Source: Octopus vulgaris (lineage: Eukaryota). From it: a stretch of 64,000 nucleotides of DNA. Position 1 is the first letter of the stretch. Each line of letters begins with the position of its first letter. A program made the position numbers and the translations under genes. The stretch spans positions 50,654,001 through 50,718,000 of the forward strand of contig OX597831.1 of NCBI GenBank assembly GCA_951406725.2, in the 5' to 3' direction. Positions 25,265 through 40,520 of this stretch are shown here, in pieces. Below the pieces are notes generated by a model that was given only the letters and a program-made list of their open reading frames with translations, did no database searches and was not told the DNA's origin.

Positions 25265-25814
25265 TAATGTATTTCTCCATTTTCTTATTTTGTATTATGA
25301 ATTTGTGGTAAATCACTTTACCTTTGCCCATATAATACAGTAAATGAAATAATTGCATCACAATTCTTAACATTTATGTATTAACTGTGTTGGGTACTTC
25401 ACTGGCAGTATATTGGATATATGTTATCCCATGGAGGGTTGCATTTACAACCCCTATCTCAATTTGTATATATATATATCATGATGGCTAACATTTCAAT
25501 AACAAGTTCCAAGAAAAGTACATCACTTTATTTTTACGAGAAGTTTCTCAAGCCACTATCACCCACGTACAAACTTGTTACTCAGCTTGTCTCTACGTAT
25601 ACCAATTTATTTATTTATCCAAGTTTCTCTTCCGTCTGCGGTTCTTACCCAACCATTTTACCATTCTCCTTACTAATCTCTCTATGTACTTCTCATCTAA
25701 TCAATTTAACCATCTAATAGTCCGTCACAACTTCTTACATTCCTCTCTCGCTCTCTCTCTCCTTCTCTCCGTCTGTCTTTGCCACTCACTCTCGGCTTTA
25801 CACACAATCACAGA

Positions 25815-25983
25815 AATATATGTGCACATGTGTGTGTGTGTGTGCATGTGTGTGCGTGTGTGTATGTATGCATGTTTACGCATATATAGATATATATGCC
25901 TGCCTGTTTTCGTTCATATGAATCATTGGAAGATTTTATACATAAATTCGTGTGCGTGTATATTTTTGTATTATATTTCATAT

Positions 25984-26078
<95 letters not shown>

Positions 26079-26208
26079 ATGTATGCATGTATACGCATAT
26101 ATAGATATATATATATATGCTTGTCTGTTTTCGTTCATATGAATCATTAAAAGATTTTATACATAATAAATTCTTGCGCGTGTATATCTTTTGTATGTTA
26201 TATTTCAT

Positions 26209-26215
<7 letters not shown>
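25815..26215 (+). repeat. Diverged tandem duplication (~215-bp period) with variable (GT)n
   Basis: ctgttttcgttcatatgaatcatt...agattttatacataa occurs at ~25905 and ~26125. Confidence 0.85.
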
Positions 26216-26284
<69 letters not shown>

Positions 26285-27167
26285 TATATTAAAAGAAAAT
26301 TAATATATAAAATGTACTTGGGTTTCTTAAAAAGATTTATTGACATTTTGTTAATGGCTTTCACAAATCTATGATTTACGAAATGTATGTGTAATAGGAA
26401 CTGAAGCAACGTAACACTTATCTCAATTCTAGCTGAAGTTTAAAAATTTGCGTTTTTCGTGGAGAAATTACTGCTCAAATTTCTATGTTTCTGTGTAATC
26501 TCCTTGGTTGACACTGATCATGTGATCGACATTTGTGAGACGGTTTGTGACAAAAATTAAGTATTGTTAGGCCAGTGAAATTGTCGTGTCAGTATGGATA
26601 ACACATTTTCGCGTCGTTCCCTTTGTATAAGATCACGTAACAAACAATGAAAGGGCGAACCTTTGATGTAGATTTGAGGAAGTGCTACTCTCCTCTTTAA
26701 AAAACGCAAGTATTTCGTAAATTTTCAATTTAAACTTTTGCATGAACTGACGTTGAAATCCGAGTCGGTACAGAAACGACAATAACAGATTGAAAATGCG
26801 TTAAAGCCCTTTTTTTGTATCCTTATTCGGATTATATCTTATTCTTCACTAAACCCGCACAGCAGTTTTACCATCGGGAAATCGTGATTTTTTTACACTT
26901 AAAGAATTTCGATATTATACCGGAATACTACAGGGAAGATAACCCAAAACTGGGGTTGAGGAATGCACTGGAAATACCTTATGTTTCTACCTAACCACGG
27001 GTAGAAAAATAGTGTATTTCCAATGTTTGTGTGGGTGGGGGTTGAATTCTACTGAGTGGCGTTTGTAACGTCCCATTAAGGGAAAATTATGTATATATAC
27101 TTATTTTTGAGTTCTCATTCGTCTTGTTTCTCCTACTAAGCTTATATATTTGTTACTGTGTGAGTTT

Positions 27168-27221
<54 letters not shown>

Positions 27222-27653
27222 GTGTGTGTGTATGCGTGAGCGTGTGTGTGTGTGTGCGCGCGTACGTGTGTATGCATCTGTATTTCAGTTTCTTTTAACT
27301 AAAAATTTCATACATAGAATTCCTTTCTTCAGATGACATCTGGTATGCGTTGTACTGAAACTAAACAATTGCTGTTAATCTGCTGTAAAATCCGTTCGAA
27401 CGGAACAGCCACGTTGAAACGGCAACAAACATTACTTGCCAGCTCAGCGACTGCGTTCGCTTCTTACAGAGATTTTAAAATGAGCTTATTTGCTTGTTGC
27501 AAGATCAGCGTCTGAATGTCACTTGAGTTTATATATATTGCGAACAGAAGCGAGACAGAGAGACAAAGACAGACTCAGAGAGAGAGACACACAGAGACAG
27601 AGACAAACAGACAGACGGAGAGACAGATAGACAGACGAGCAAACAGATAGAGA

Positions 27654-27746
<93 letters not shown>

Positions 27747-28812
27747 TGGTTCTATTTTTGTACGTAATGTTTTGATGGCAATTAAGCACACCAGATTATA
27801 TGAATGCTTTTAGCAAAGGTAATAGTCTTTGTGGGGGGCGACATTGGAAATGCAAAGATCAAGAATAATAGATAGGAAGAAAAAGAAAGATAAGGAAAGA
27901 AATGGAGAGAAAAGAAAACACAGAGAGAGAGAGAGAGAGAGAGAGAAAGAGGCGCTGTAACGTTTACAATGATTGTATTGGTGGAGATTAGTGCAGCTTT
28001 TTGGCGGGGCCTGAATCTCAACAAGGTTAATTCATGTAGGAGGGTGCTGGAATAAAAGAGAATTCTGAAAGGTTGAAACGTTCGTGTAATGTCTGAGAAG
28101 TGTTTGCATCTTGGTCTTAGGTGGTCGACACATAGCAGAGTTGACAACAATGAGAGAACCATGTATGTAGGTTTGATCTAGGAGATAGTGGTTCAGTAAG
28201 TAAATCATAGCTTTGAATATTGTGATTTACTAGAAATAAGGATTCTAAAAACAGCGTTAAGAGCTGCCGAGTTCTTAAGTGCGAATTACCTGTCATAATA
28301 CAATAGCGATAACTGTTTGTGTAGCGACAAATCACTGATTACACATTCTCAAAACTGTCGAAATACAAATAAATGTATTTGTTTCAAGCTCTCTTCTATA
28401 CTGCAGTATTTACATTCATAAATCAATTTTTCCATACTAATATACCTACGTCGGTACGAATATAAATGAATACACAAATACTCCATAAAACGCAGGCTCG
28501 CACACACACACACACACACACACAATCACGTGTATCTATATACATATATCTATTAATACATCCCTTTCCCTTTCTCTGCCCCTCTCTCTTCTCTCTCTCT
28601 TTATAAGAAATTTAATATATGATACATTCATATATATATATTTATACACACACAGATATATGTATATATATATGAACATATCTAAATATTATATTAATAT
28701 ACACACACACGTATATATATATATATATATATATATTTCAAAATGTGACCTCGTGTGTACCGTTGGCAATTTTTTTTCCTCTGTCTTCCCTTCTCTGGAT
28801 CTTTCCTTCTCC

Positions 28813-28852
28813 TATGTTTCCGACGAAGAGCTCCGCTCGAAACGTTATACCC
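28813..28852 (+). ncRNA. Minimal hammerhead-like motif in a ~215-bp element between (TA)n tracts
   Basis: tgttt-CCGACGA-A-GAGC-tcc-GCTC-GAAA-CG-TTA: perfect stem II, palindromic AACGTT stem III; core has C in place of U4. Confidence 0.6.
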
Positions 28853-28949
28853 TCCTTCTTTCCTCCTTTCCTGAGCGTCCAATAATACTATATTTGTTCC
28901 CTGTCCTCGCGTTGTTGTGTTTTTATTTTGTGTGTTTTCTTGTTTGGAT

Positions 28950-28982
<33 letters not shown>

Positions 28983-28985
<3 letters not shown>

Positions 28986-29092
28986 CACTGGCGAGGAGAA
29001 AGGAGGCTGGTATGCATGGGCAACTGCTGGTCATCCATAAATAACCTTACCTGGACTTGTGCCGCGGAGGGTGACTTTCTACGTGCAATCCC
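28983..29092 (+). repeat. Solo copy of SINE tail E
   Basis: ggaggctggtatgcatgggcaactgctggtc...ggagggtgactttctacgtgcaatccc matches the reverse complement of ~1568-1680. Confidence 0.75.
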
Positions 29093-29114
29093 CTATATGG
29101 GTACAGCACGTCTC

Positions 29115-29937
29115 TAACAGTGCAAATAACATGAAAATACGTAAGCAAACGAGGGAAAACGAGTGAAATACGTAAACAACGAGAAAAAATGGAAAACAGG
29201 ACAAGTTAACACAGAGGAAGGACCCTTCCTCAGTTGTCGGCTGTCTATGTACTCCTCATTTCGGGCATTCAACGACAATATGAGTCTTCAAAGACAGTTG
29301 CTCCGATAAATTCTAAAATAAAATTTTGGATTTATGGTGGGTCAAAGTTTAGAACAAAAAAATGACAGTGGAGGCATACAAGGAAACTGAACGAAAGCAA
29401 ACAAGGAGGGTCGTGAGACCAGAACGAGAGGAAAATAGTGAACACCGGGAGGTCTGTCTCTGTCTCTCTCCCGTCTTTCTCTTCTCTCTGTCCCCCTCTC
29501 TCGTTGCTCACGTATAGCCATCTTTCTTTTCCTACAAGGACGCTTAAACGAACGGACGTGTTTTTCTCTCACTCTTCTATCTTTTTCTTTTAAAAAAATG
29601 TTTCACCCAGCGTTCAATATTTTACCTCTCATTCTGGTCTAATGACCCTCCATGTTTTTGTTCGTTCGGTGCCCTTGTATGTCTCCGCACTCATTTTTTG
29701 TTCCTAACTTTGAGCCTCCATAAATCCTGAATTTTAGTTTAGAATTTGTGGAAGCAACTGTCTTTGAAGACTCATATTGTTGAATGCTCAAAATGAGGAG
29801 TAGATATACAGAAGACAACTGATAAAGGGTTCTTCCTCTGTGTTAACTTGTCCTGATTTCCATTTTTTCTCGTTGTTTACTTATTTCTCTTGTTTTTCCC
29901 TCTTTTGTTTACGTATTTCATGTTATTTGCACAGTTA
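29115..29937. mobile_element. Long inverted-repeat element (arms ~29115-29450 and ~29603-29937)
   Basis: Arms mirror each other (aacaacgagaaaaaatggaaa...gagtcttcaaagacagttgct / agcaactgtctttgaagactc...tttccattttttctcgttgtt); a related single arm lies at ~51785-52085. Confidence 0.88.
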
Positions 29938-29962
29938 TTGAACTCCTGTATCCATATATACT

Positions 29963-30124
<162 letters not shown>

Positions 30125-30129
30125 TCTGT

Positions 30130-30272
30130 GTAGTCGTGTGGTTTGGAGGGTTAAGGTATTGGACTCGTGATCGTATGATTGTGATTTCGATACTTCGACT
30201 GCGCGACGCGTTGTGTTTTTGTTTCAGCAAAACGTCATTTCATGTTGCTGGTTAAAATGAGTAATCCTGCGG
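30130..30272 (+). mobile_element. SINE family D, 3'-truncated and diverged
   Basis: ggttaaggtattggactcgtgatcgtatgattgtgatttcgat...gcgacgcgttgtgttt...aaatgagtaatcctgcg. Confidence 0.7.
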
Positions 30273-30611
30273 CGTTCTATAATGACAATTTTTTTGAAAT
30301 AATGTAGCTTTAAGGGGTTACATAATTAACACAGGTAATAGGAACATAAACTTTCTTCCACGAAACGATAGCTTAAACTGTGCTCTAAATTGAGGTGTAG
30401 TCAAATCCTATTTTCTGGACTAAATCATGTCCTAAAATAAGTCGAAATGTAAGCTGCTATAAATTGGCACGAACTTGGCGGACAACCCAATAGTTGCGAT
30501 CGTGAGGTCGCCCATGTGACTGCATCGTCCGTTTTTGGCTTTTCTTTAAGACTTAGAGTGATCAAAGAAGTTGGTCATCATTGAATTTGATGTCCAGCAC
30601 AAGTATGCATG

Positions 30612-30753
<142 letters not shown>

Positions 30754-31122
30754 TGGAGGCGCAATGGCCCAGTGGTTAGGGTAGCAGACTCGCGGTCATA
30801 GGATCGCGGTTTCGATTCCCAGACCGGGCGTTGTGAGTGTTTATTGAGCGAAAACACCTAAAAGCTCCACGAAGCTCCGGCAGGGGATGGTGGTGATCCC
30901 TGCTGTACTCTTTCACCACAACTTTCTCTCACTCTTACTTCCTGTTTCTGTTGTACCTTGTCACTCTCTGTGTCACGCTGAATATCTCCGAGAACTACGT
31001 TAAGGGTGCACGTGTCTGTGGAGTGCTCAGCCACTTACACGTTAATTTCACGAGCAGGCTGTTCCGTTGATTCGGATCAACCGGAACCCTCATCGTCGTA
31101 ACCGACGGAGTGCTTCCATCCC
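30754..31122 (+). mobile_element. SINE family C, young copy
   Basis: Matches 5657-6043 apart from a ~20-bp internal deletion. Confidence 0.95.
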
Positions 31123-31715
31123 ATATATATGAATGACTCTTATACACACATACACATACAAACATATATGCTATTAAGTGCAATTATACCGGAGTCACAC
31201 TCTACATGCTCTTCCTCGTCTCCCAGTTATTCTCCTCCAAATAATTTTTTGTACGTTAAACCTTTCCCTTTCTAACTCCTCTCTTTCTTCTTTTTCAATC
31301 TCTTTTACGCTCAAACCCATCTCTCTCCCTTTCTCTGTATCTGTCTGTCTCTCTCCTGCACTCTCGTTTTCTCCGATCCTCTCTTTCTCCCTCTCTCTCT
31401 CTCTCTCTCTTTCTCTCTTTCTCCCCCTCTCTCTCTTCTCTCTCTCTCTCTTTCTCTCATCTGTCCGGTTCTCAATTTTTACTGAAGCTGATTTATGTTT
31501 GGAAATGAAATTTATGGCACAAAATTTCAGGCTTGTTGTATAATTTTATTGATTCATATCAAAAATCAACTCTTTCACAAATTCGTCAGAATTTTTTGTT
31601 CTGTATTGATGCACATAGTTTTAATAATGAATATTACCTGCTCGCTGTTCTTAGAACAAAACATTGCTCCAAGGCATTTCTCATTCTTTTATGTAATCAT
31701 TCCAATATTTGGCAT

Positions 31716-32454
<739 letters not shown>

Positions 32455-32883
32455 GAATTTTTCCTTTTATAAAGAGTTTTACCTCGTGGATGTAATGCAT
32501 CATCCTTTAGATTAATAATAGAATAATGATATTTTCGACACAGAGATTTGTCTTGTCTCTCTCATACACACTCCCTGTCCCCTTCTCTCACTCTCACGCC
32601 ATCTCTATCTCTCTCTCTCTCTCATTGTCTTTTACCAAACAAACCTATATAAGTTCATGCTTTGTCCTGTAAAGGTGTAACTCAACGCAAAGTAAATTTG
32701 AGGCATTAATTTAATCCGGTTGCCACACAAGCACACACACATACACACGCACCCACATACAACGCACACACACACACACACGCACCCACAAACACACATA
32801 CGTATATTTCGACTACTTCCATCTATATTGTTTAACGTACGATATATGTTTATGAGCTACAAATAGTTTTATACATTAGAGTT

Positions 32884-32974
<91 letters not shown>

Positions 32975-33002
32975 TATAGAATATATATACATACATCCAT
33001 AT

Positions 33003-33073
<71 letters not shown>

Positions 33074-33627
33074 GCAAATACTTAGTACGAATTTGAACAT
33101 TTTTTCTTTTGTATAAGGAAACACTGCATTATCCTATAGATTAATCATAGAATAGTAGTGCTTTCGTCTCATGTACTTTCTGTCTAGTCTCTATACTTGA
33201 TTATACAAACCAGTTTATCCCTCTCTCTGGCTGTCACTCGTTCTCTTAGCAGACAACCGGTATCGACCAATAACTTTTACTTATACACATACATAACCCT
33301 CCCCATTACTCATAATTTCCATTGATATTTCAAACCAGTTAATATTTCTTTAGATCAAAGTTGTTTATTGTTAGATTACTTCGTGTAATATCTACGTAAA
33401 CATAATTCAGGTGCAGTGAAATAATATATTTGAAAAATAACAATTAAGAAAAGGAGCATTCCTAAACTACTCTGAATTAGATTAAGTAAATAACACAAAG
33501 ATATTTTGAAAGGTTTCTGACGTCCCATTTCAACTGAAAAACTTAAATCAATAAACTTTCGCAAATAGAGTTTAAATGTGTTATTTCAAATATCATGCAG
33601 ATATCCAGTAAATGTGAGTTATAAGAT

Positions 33628-33965
33628 AGGTAGTGGTATGGCCAAATGGTTAAGAAGCTCGCTTCGTAAAATCGAAGTTTCGGGTTCGAACCACTAGGAT
33701 ACATCTTGAGTAAGTGTCATGTTTAGAAGCCTGGGCTGAGCCCTGTCTTGTGAGTTAAATTAGGTGACAAAAGTGTCAGACGGATTGTACTTGTAATTCA
33801 AATTATATATCTTTATTACACACAGTGTCAAACTGATTTTACCTGAAGACTAAGCTGCTAGTACACATGCCTCTGGAATGCTCAGCAACTTACATTTTAA
33901 TTCAGGAGCATATCATTCAGTTCAGCAAACTGAGTTCATGTCGCCTGATGACGGAGACCCGTCGT
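33628..33965 (+). mobile_element. Old chimeric SINE: A-type head + C-type tail
   Basis: ggttaagaagctcgcttcg...catcttgagtaagtgtc (A-like) then tgtacttgtaattcaaa...ggaatgctcagcaacttacattttaattc (C-tail-like). Confidence 0.55.
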
Positions 33966-34157
33966 CGCTACTTCAATAAGAAAAGCCTTTCAAATCCAAT
34001 CCTACTCCTGGCTTTTAGATAAGGGGTTCCGTGGTCGCGACGGAAGCTCTCCCAAATGTTTTTATGTTTCCAGAGGCATTCGTACTATCATCAGTGTTTC
34101 TTGCACTTGCCAAAGACCTCATTCTCTCTCCCTCTCCATGTACTTTTTGTTCTGTAA

Positions 34158-34924
<767 letters not shown>

Positions 34925-35885
34925 TACTTTCTTCGCTCTGACAGCCATCGATTCTTTGTTGACTGTCCTCACGAGCATAAAGTCTTGTGTTTGTGTGGCT
35001 GGTTGCTGCTGTTGAGCGTGTTTCTTTCGTGGGTTATTGCACTTGTGGTAGTGTTGGTGGAGCTATTTGTAAGATCGGTGAATGTGTTGATGATTGTGGT
35101 GCTGAGGGGTTGGTGTTGCCGTAAATCTGTCTGTGGCGATGTGATTATATTTTATATATTTTTGGTGTGTGTGTATGTGTGTGTTGGTGTGGGGCATGAT
35201 GTTTTATTGGGTTTTATTTTTGATTTCATTAGTTTGGAAAGTCCCCCCTTCATTTTCACTACGTGATGCAGAGGTGACCGTATCTGTGAGATCAGAGATT
35301 ATGTATGTATTTGCGTTTAGAGGAGGCGGATAGAATGGGGGTAAGGAAAAGCTTCATTGGGATAGCACCTGTTGCTGAAGGTGCTGGCGGTGCATCTGCT
35401 ACTAGTGTTATGGTGTTACTGGTGTTGCTGTTGTTTCTGGTATTGTTGTTGTTGCTGATGTTGGTGTTCTTCCAGCAGTTGTTGAATTTGCTGTTCTTCT
35501 TCTTGGTGATGACGTTATTGCTGGGGTTGGCGATGATTTTTTGTTGGTCATTGTTGAGATTTGGGGTGGGGTCTAGTGCAGACAGTAAGTGTATTCTGTG
35601 GTCCCGTCTTCTGTTGGAGCAGAAAGCCCTCAAGTCGCCTGATGCACACATGTAGCATCGTGGCTTTCTATCTTCAACCGTAACGTGCAGCTCTTCCTCC
35701 CCTGGAAGGCGAATGAGATATACAATTAGAGTGGAGGTGCTACTCCACATTCCAGACATGAACCACAAGAAATAATGTTGTCGTGTAAGTTGTAGCGGCT
35801 ACAAATGGCTTTTGCTTTTTGCCTTTGCCATAAGTTTAGTTGCTTTTTGCCTGTCATAATTTTTTTGTAGCCGAGCTCGTTATCT

Positions 35886-36088
35886 TATTACTTACACCTT
35901 CGCAAAGGCAGAGGTATTGTTTTCAGCCGTGTTTGTTTGTCCGTGGACAAGATATCTCAAGAACCACTGGATGGATTTGGATGAAACTTCCAGAGATGTT
36001 TGATCTCGTAACTGGTACAAACTGGTTAGATTTTGGGATACATCCGGTATAAGACAAGGATTCTGGATTATTTTTCCGGGTTTTACTT
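35886..36088 (+). mobile_element. 5' part of a Helentron-associated (HINE/DINE-1-like) element
   Basis: accttcgcaaaggcagaggt hairpin, (tgtt)n tract and ggatggatttggatgaaactt motif; ends at an adjacent B SINE. Confidence 0.6.
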
Positions 36089-36247
36089 AATTAAGTACCA
36101 GTGCGTAACTGGTACTTAATTTATCGACACCGAAAGGATGAAAGGCAAAGTCGACTTCGGCGGAATTTGAACTCAGAACGTAATGGCAGACGAAATACAG
36201 CTAAGAATTTCGCCCGGCGTGCTAACAGCTCTGCCAGCTTGCCACCT
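36089..36247 (-). mobile_element. SINE family B, 3'-truncated
   Basis: Near-consensus reverse complement of the B head/body. Confidence 0.9.
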
Positions 36248-36313
36248 CAATACTAATAATAATACTAATACTACTACTACTACTACTAATACAACTACTA
36301 CTACTACTACTAC

Positions 36314-36350
<37 letters not shown>

Positions 36351-36795
36351 TAGGGATTTAATGAGATACCTCCTCTCCACAAATTTCATAGATTTGTGCG
36401 GGCTGTTGATAACAGTACGATTATAAATATATTGTCTCATAGTATTAAATTGACAATCTAAAACTTTAATTATCACACTGTAATCAAGAAAAGCCGATAT
36501 ATTAATCACAATATTGTTTGCACTAGAAGTTTTTGTTGATATTGTTAATGTTTACTTGGCCATATGTACATATTTGTCATTAACTTAGAAGATATCTTCT
36601 GTGATATGATGTCAAGTAGTTAGATTTAACAAAGAATTTACATGGCGCCACACCTCTCACATTAATGATTTATTGTCAGTATATATGCTTATACACACTA
36701 ACTACCATGTTTGCATATTTGAATGTGTGTATATATTATATCTTTGTATATTTATATGGCACATGTCTACATACACACACACACACACACACACT

Positions 36796-36848
<53 letters not shown>

Positions 36849-37089
36849 ATATATAAGCAACAATGATATCCAGAGGTAATGCAGTACGATCGTTTCATGC
36901 GACTCCATTTAATTGAAAAATGCAAACATTACACCAATTTAAAATGTAGAGCCATGTTCAGCTGCACAAAAATATAGAATTTAATTAAATTCGAAGTACT
37001 CTTTAGTATAATTTTATCCAAAATCTCCAAGAGGATAAGGAGACAAAGAACATGTTTTACCAACAACATCACAGTTGTATATATATACA

Positions 37090-37253
37090 TAGGCGCAGGA
37101 GTGGCTGTGTGGTAAGTAGCTTGCTTACCAACCACATGGTTCCGAGTTCAGTCCCACTGCGTGGCACTTTGGGCAAGTGTCTTCTACTATAGCCTCGGGC
37201 CGACCAAAGCCTTGTGAGTGGATTTGCTAGACAGAAACTGAAAGAAGCCCGTC

Positions 37254-37315
<62 letters not shown>

Positions 37316-37531
37316 GTGTATGTTTGTGTGTCTGTGTTTGTCCCCCTAGCATTGCTTGACAACCGATGCTGGTGTGTTTATGTCTCCGTCACTTAGCGGT
37401 TCGGCAAAAGAAACCGATAGAATAAGTACTGGGCTTGCAAAGAATAAGTCCCGGGGTCGAGTTGCTCGACTAAAGGCGGTGCTCCAGCATGGCCGCAGTC
37501 AACTGACTGAAACAAGCAAAAGAGTAAAAGA

Positions 37532-37533
<2 letters not shown>
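37090..37533 (+). mobile_element. SINE family A, young copy
   Basis: Full head, internal (TA)n(TG)n and tail. Confidence 0.95.
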
Positions 37534-37566
<33 letters not shown>

Positions 37567-38262
37567 TGTGTGTGTGTGCGTGTGTATGTGTACGTGCGTG
37601 TGCGTATGTATATGTTTACGTCTGCTGTTTCTCATGAAACTATCTCGCTATTTCCCATGAAAGTTTTTCCATACGTTGTACGAAATTGAAATCTTTTCAG
37701 AGTCATTAAAATATTAAATCTCCCGAATTTGCGGTGGTGCTCCGTGGACAAAATTAGCAAAATTCAGATAAAATGCAGAAAGTCATCATTCGACAAATGG
37801 AACAGTATATAAACAGAAAGAAAAACAATCTGAGATCCAAATGAAAAAGAAACCGCGTATACGATGTTCAAGCAAACGGTGTAAAACGGAAAAACAGGCT
37901 GTGTAGGGTTACCGGTTTAGTCACCGATGGCTTGACCAGTCACATGATCTGGCCATCGGCGACTAAACCGGTAACTATCGTATCTGTCACTCATAAGCTA
38001 ATCTGGTAGGTGTGCCAGCCCCTTGTGGGCAGTAAAGAAATACGTTTAAGTATGACCCAACCAAGTAACAGGCTGTACTCAAGTTACCAGTAGTACTCTA
38101 AACGATCACACACACACACACACACACACACATACAAGCCTTTACGTGTTTCAATCATTAGATTACGCGTTCTATGGGTTACATAAAGGGAAATGCTAAG
38201 TTACAACGACGTAAACAATCCAGGACCAATTGTCAAGCTATGAGAGACAAACAAAAGCACGA

Positions 38263-38599
38263 ATACACACACACACATTCATATATCCATACATTTATAT
38301 CCACAAAACACATGCGTACACACACACACACATACATATATCCATACATTTATATCCACAAAACACATGCGTACACACACACACACACATACATATATCC
38401 ATACATTTATATCCACAAAACACATGCGTACACACACACACACACACACACATACATATATCCATACATTTATATCCACAAAACACATGCGTACACACAC
38501 ACACACATACATACATATATCCATACATTTATATCCACAAAACACATGCGTACACACACACATACATATATCCATACTTTTATATCCACAAAACACATG

Positions 38600-38637
<38 letters not shown>

Positions 38638-38677
38638 TACATATATCCATACATTTATATCCACAAAACACATGCGT

Positions 38678-38708
<31 letters not shown>

Positions 38709-38990
38709 TATATCCATACATTTATATCCACAAAACACATGCGTACACACACACACACACACATACATATATCCATACATTTATATCCACAAAACACATG
38801 CGTACACACACACACACACGCACATACATATATCCATACATTTATATCCACAAAACACATGCGTACACACACACACACACACACACACATACATATATCC
38901 ATACATTTATATCCACAAAACACATGCGTACACACACACACACACACACATACATATATCCATACATTTATATCCACAAAACACATGCGT

Positions 38991-39021
<31 letters not shown>

Positions 39022-39233
39022 TATATCCATACATTTATATCCACAAAACACATGCGTACACACACACACACACACACATACATATATCCATACATTTATA
39101 TCCACAAAACATGCGTACACACACACATACATATATCCATACTTTTATATCCACAAAACACATGCGTACACACACACACACACACACACGCACACATACA
39201 TATATCCATACATTTATATCCACAAAACACATG

Positions 39234-39269
<36 letters not shown>

Positions 39270-39721
39270 TATATCCATACATTTATATCCACAAAACACA
39301 CGCGTACACACACACACACACATACATATATCCATACATTTATATCCACAAAACACATGCGTACACACACACACACACACACATACATATATCCATACAT
39401 TTATATCCACAAAACACATGCGTACACACACACACACACACACACACATACATATATCCATACATTTATATCCACAAAACACATGCGTACACACACACAC
39501 ATACACACACACACACACACATACATATATCCATACATTTATATCCACAAAACACATGCGTACACACACACACATACATACATATATCCATACATTTATA
39601 TCCACAAAACACATGCGTACACACACACACATACATATATCCATACATTTATATCCACAAAACACATGCATACACACACACACATACATATATCCATACA
39701 TTTATATCCACAAAACACATG

Positions 39722-39789
<68 letters not shown>
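38263..39789. repeat. Minisatellite: 24 units of catacatatatccatacatttatatccacaaaacacatgcgta + variable (CA)n
   Basis: Units counted by eye; source of the 500+ aa spurious ORFs. Confidence 0.97.
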
Positions 39790-39791
<2 letters not shown>

Positions 39792-40204
39792 GCGGGCTAC
39801 TGTACTGTTTCAATCGATCAAGTTTACTCACAAGTCATTGGTCGACATATATTTAGGACAGAATATATTTAGGACAGAACTGGAAACTATGTGATGGCCA
39901 AACAAACTTCTGAACAACATATCAAAAGATGCCACCTCTATCTTCCACACATTATCCTCAGGCGTTGTTACGTTCCTTGTTTATAAAGCTGCAATATTAT
40001 CGTGGTTTTCCTATCTTTTTTCACTTTTCATTGTTGACTCTATAACGACAGAAGACATTCAATATAGTGTTGTGAATGCAATTTTCTTCTTTACTATACC
40101 ATCTTTTTTTTTTTTGATAAGTATAAAAGATGATGAGGATCATGATGTTGTTGCTTATAATGAGGATGATGATAATGATGATGACGACAACGTTGATCCC
40201 AGAC

Positions 40205-40520
40205 TAATTTTTACGACGATTCAGTTTCACTTCCCAAGAGGCTGTTACTCCCTTCCAAAACGTTACACGCTAAAATACAGCATACATTTAACTCCGGTGG
40301 AATTCCTGATATCTTTATACTCACCGCCCTCCTTCCTGTATACGATGGGTAGACTACATCACTTTTCGCTGTGACAAGGATTGTGGAGTGTTCCGCGACC
40401 AGATCTTCAGTCTTGAAGAACACTTAAATACCTGCAAAGTGTGTGGTGCTCCATATATGCTGAACGTCGGATATTGACTCTGTTGTGCGAGAGTACGACG
40501 CCCCCTGGCGAGAATCGTCT
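40205..40520 (-). pseudogene. Probable L1/Tx1-like ORF1 remnant
   Basis: YSRTTESI...FAGI*VFFKTEDLVAEHS...YPSYTGRRAVSIKISGIPPE; similar to the remnant at 45690-45905. Confidence 0.4.

Noticed and set aside
36353-36460. Short open frame GFNEIPPLHKFHRFVRAV after an AG
   Set aside because: The frame is not conserved in the paralogous block near 1100-1195.
38174-39894. Overlapping 500-560 aa ORFs rich in H/T/Y/I; repeat-spacer layout resembling CRISPR
   Set aside because: The stop-free minisatellite is open in all three plus frames; spacers are (CA)n; eukaryotic context with no cas genes.
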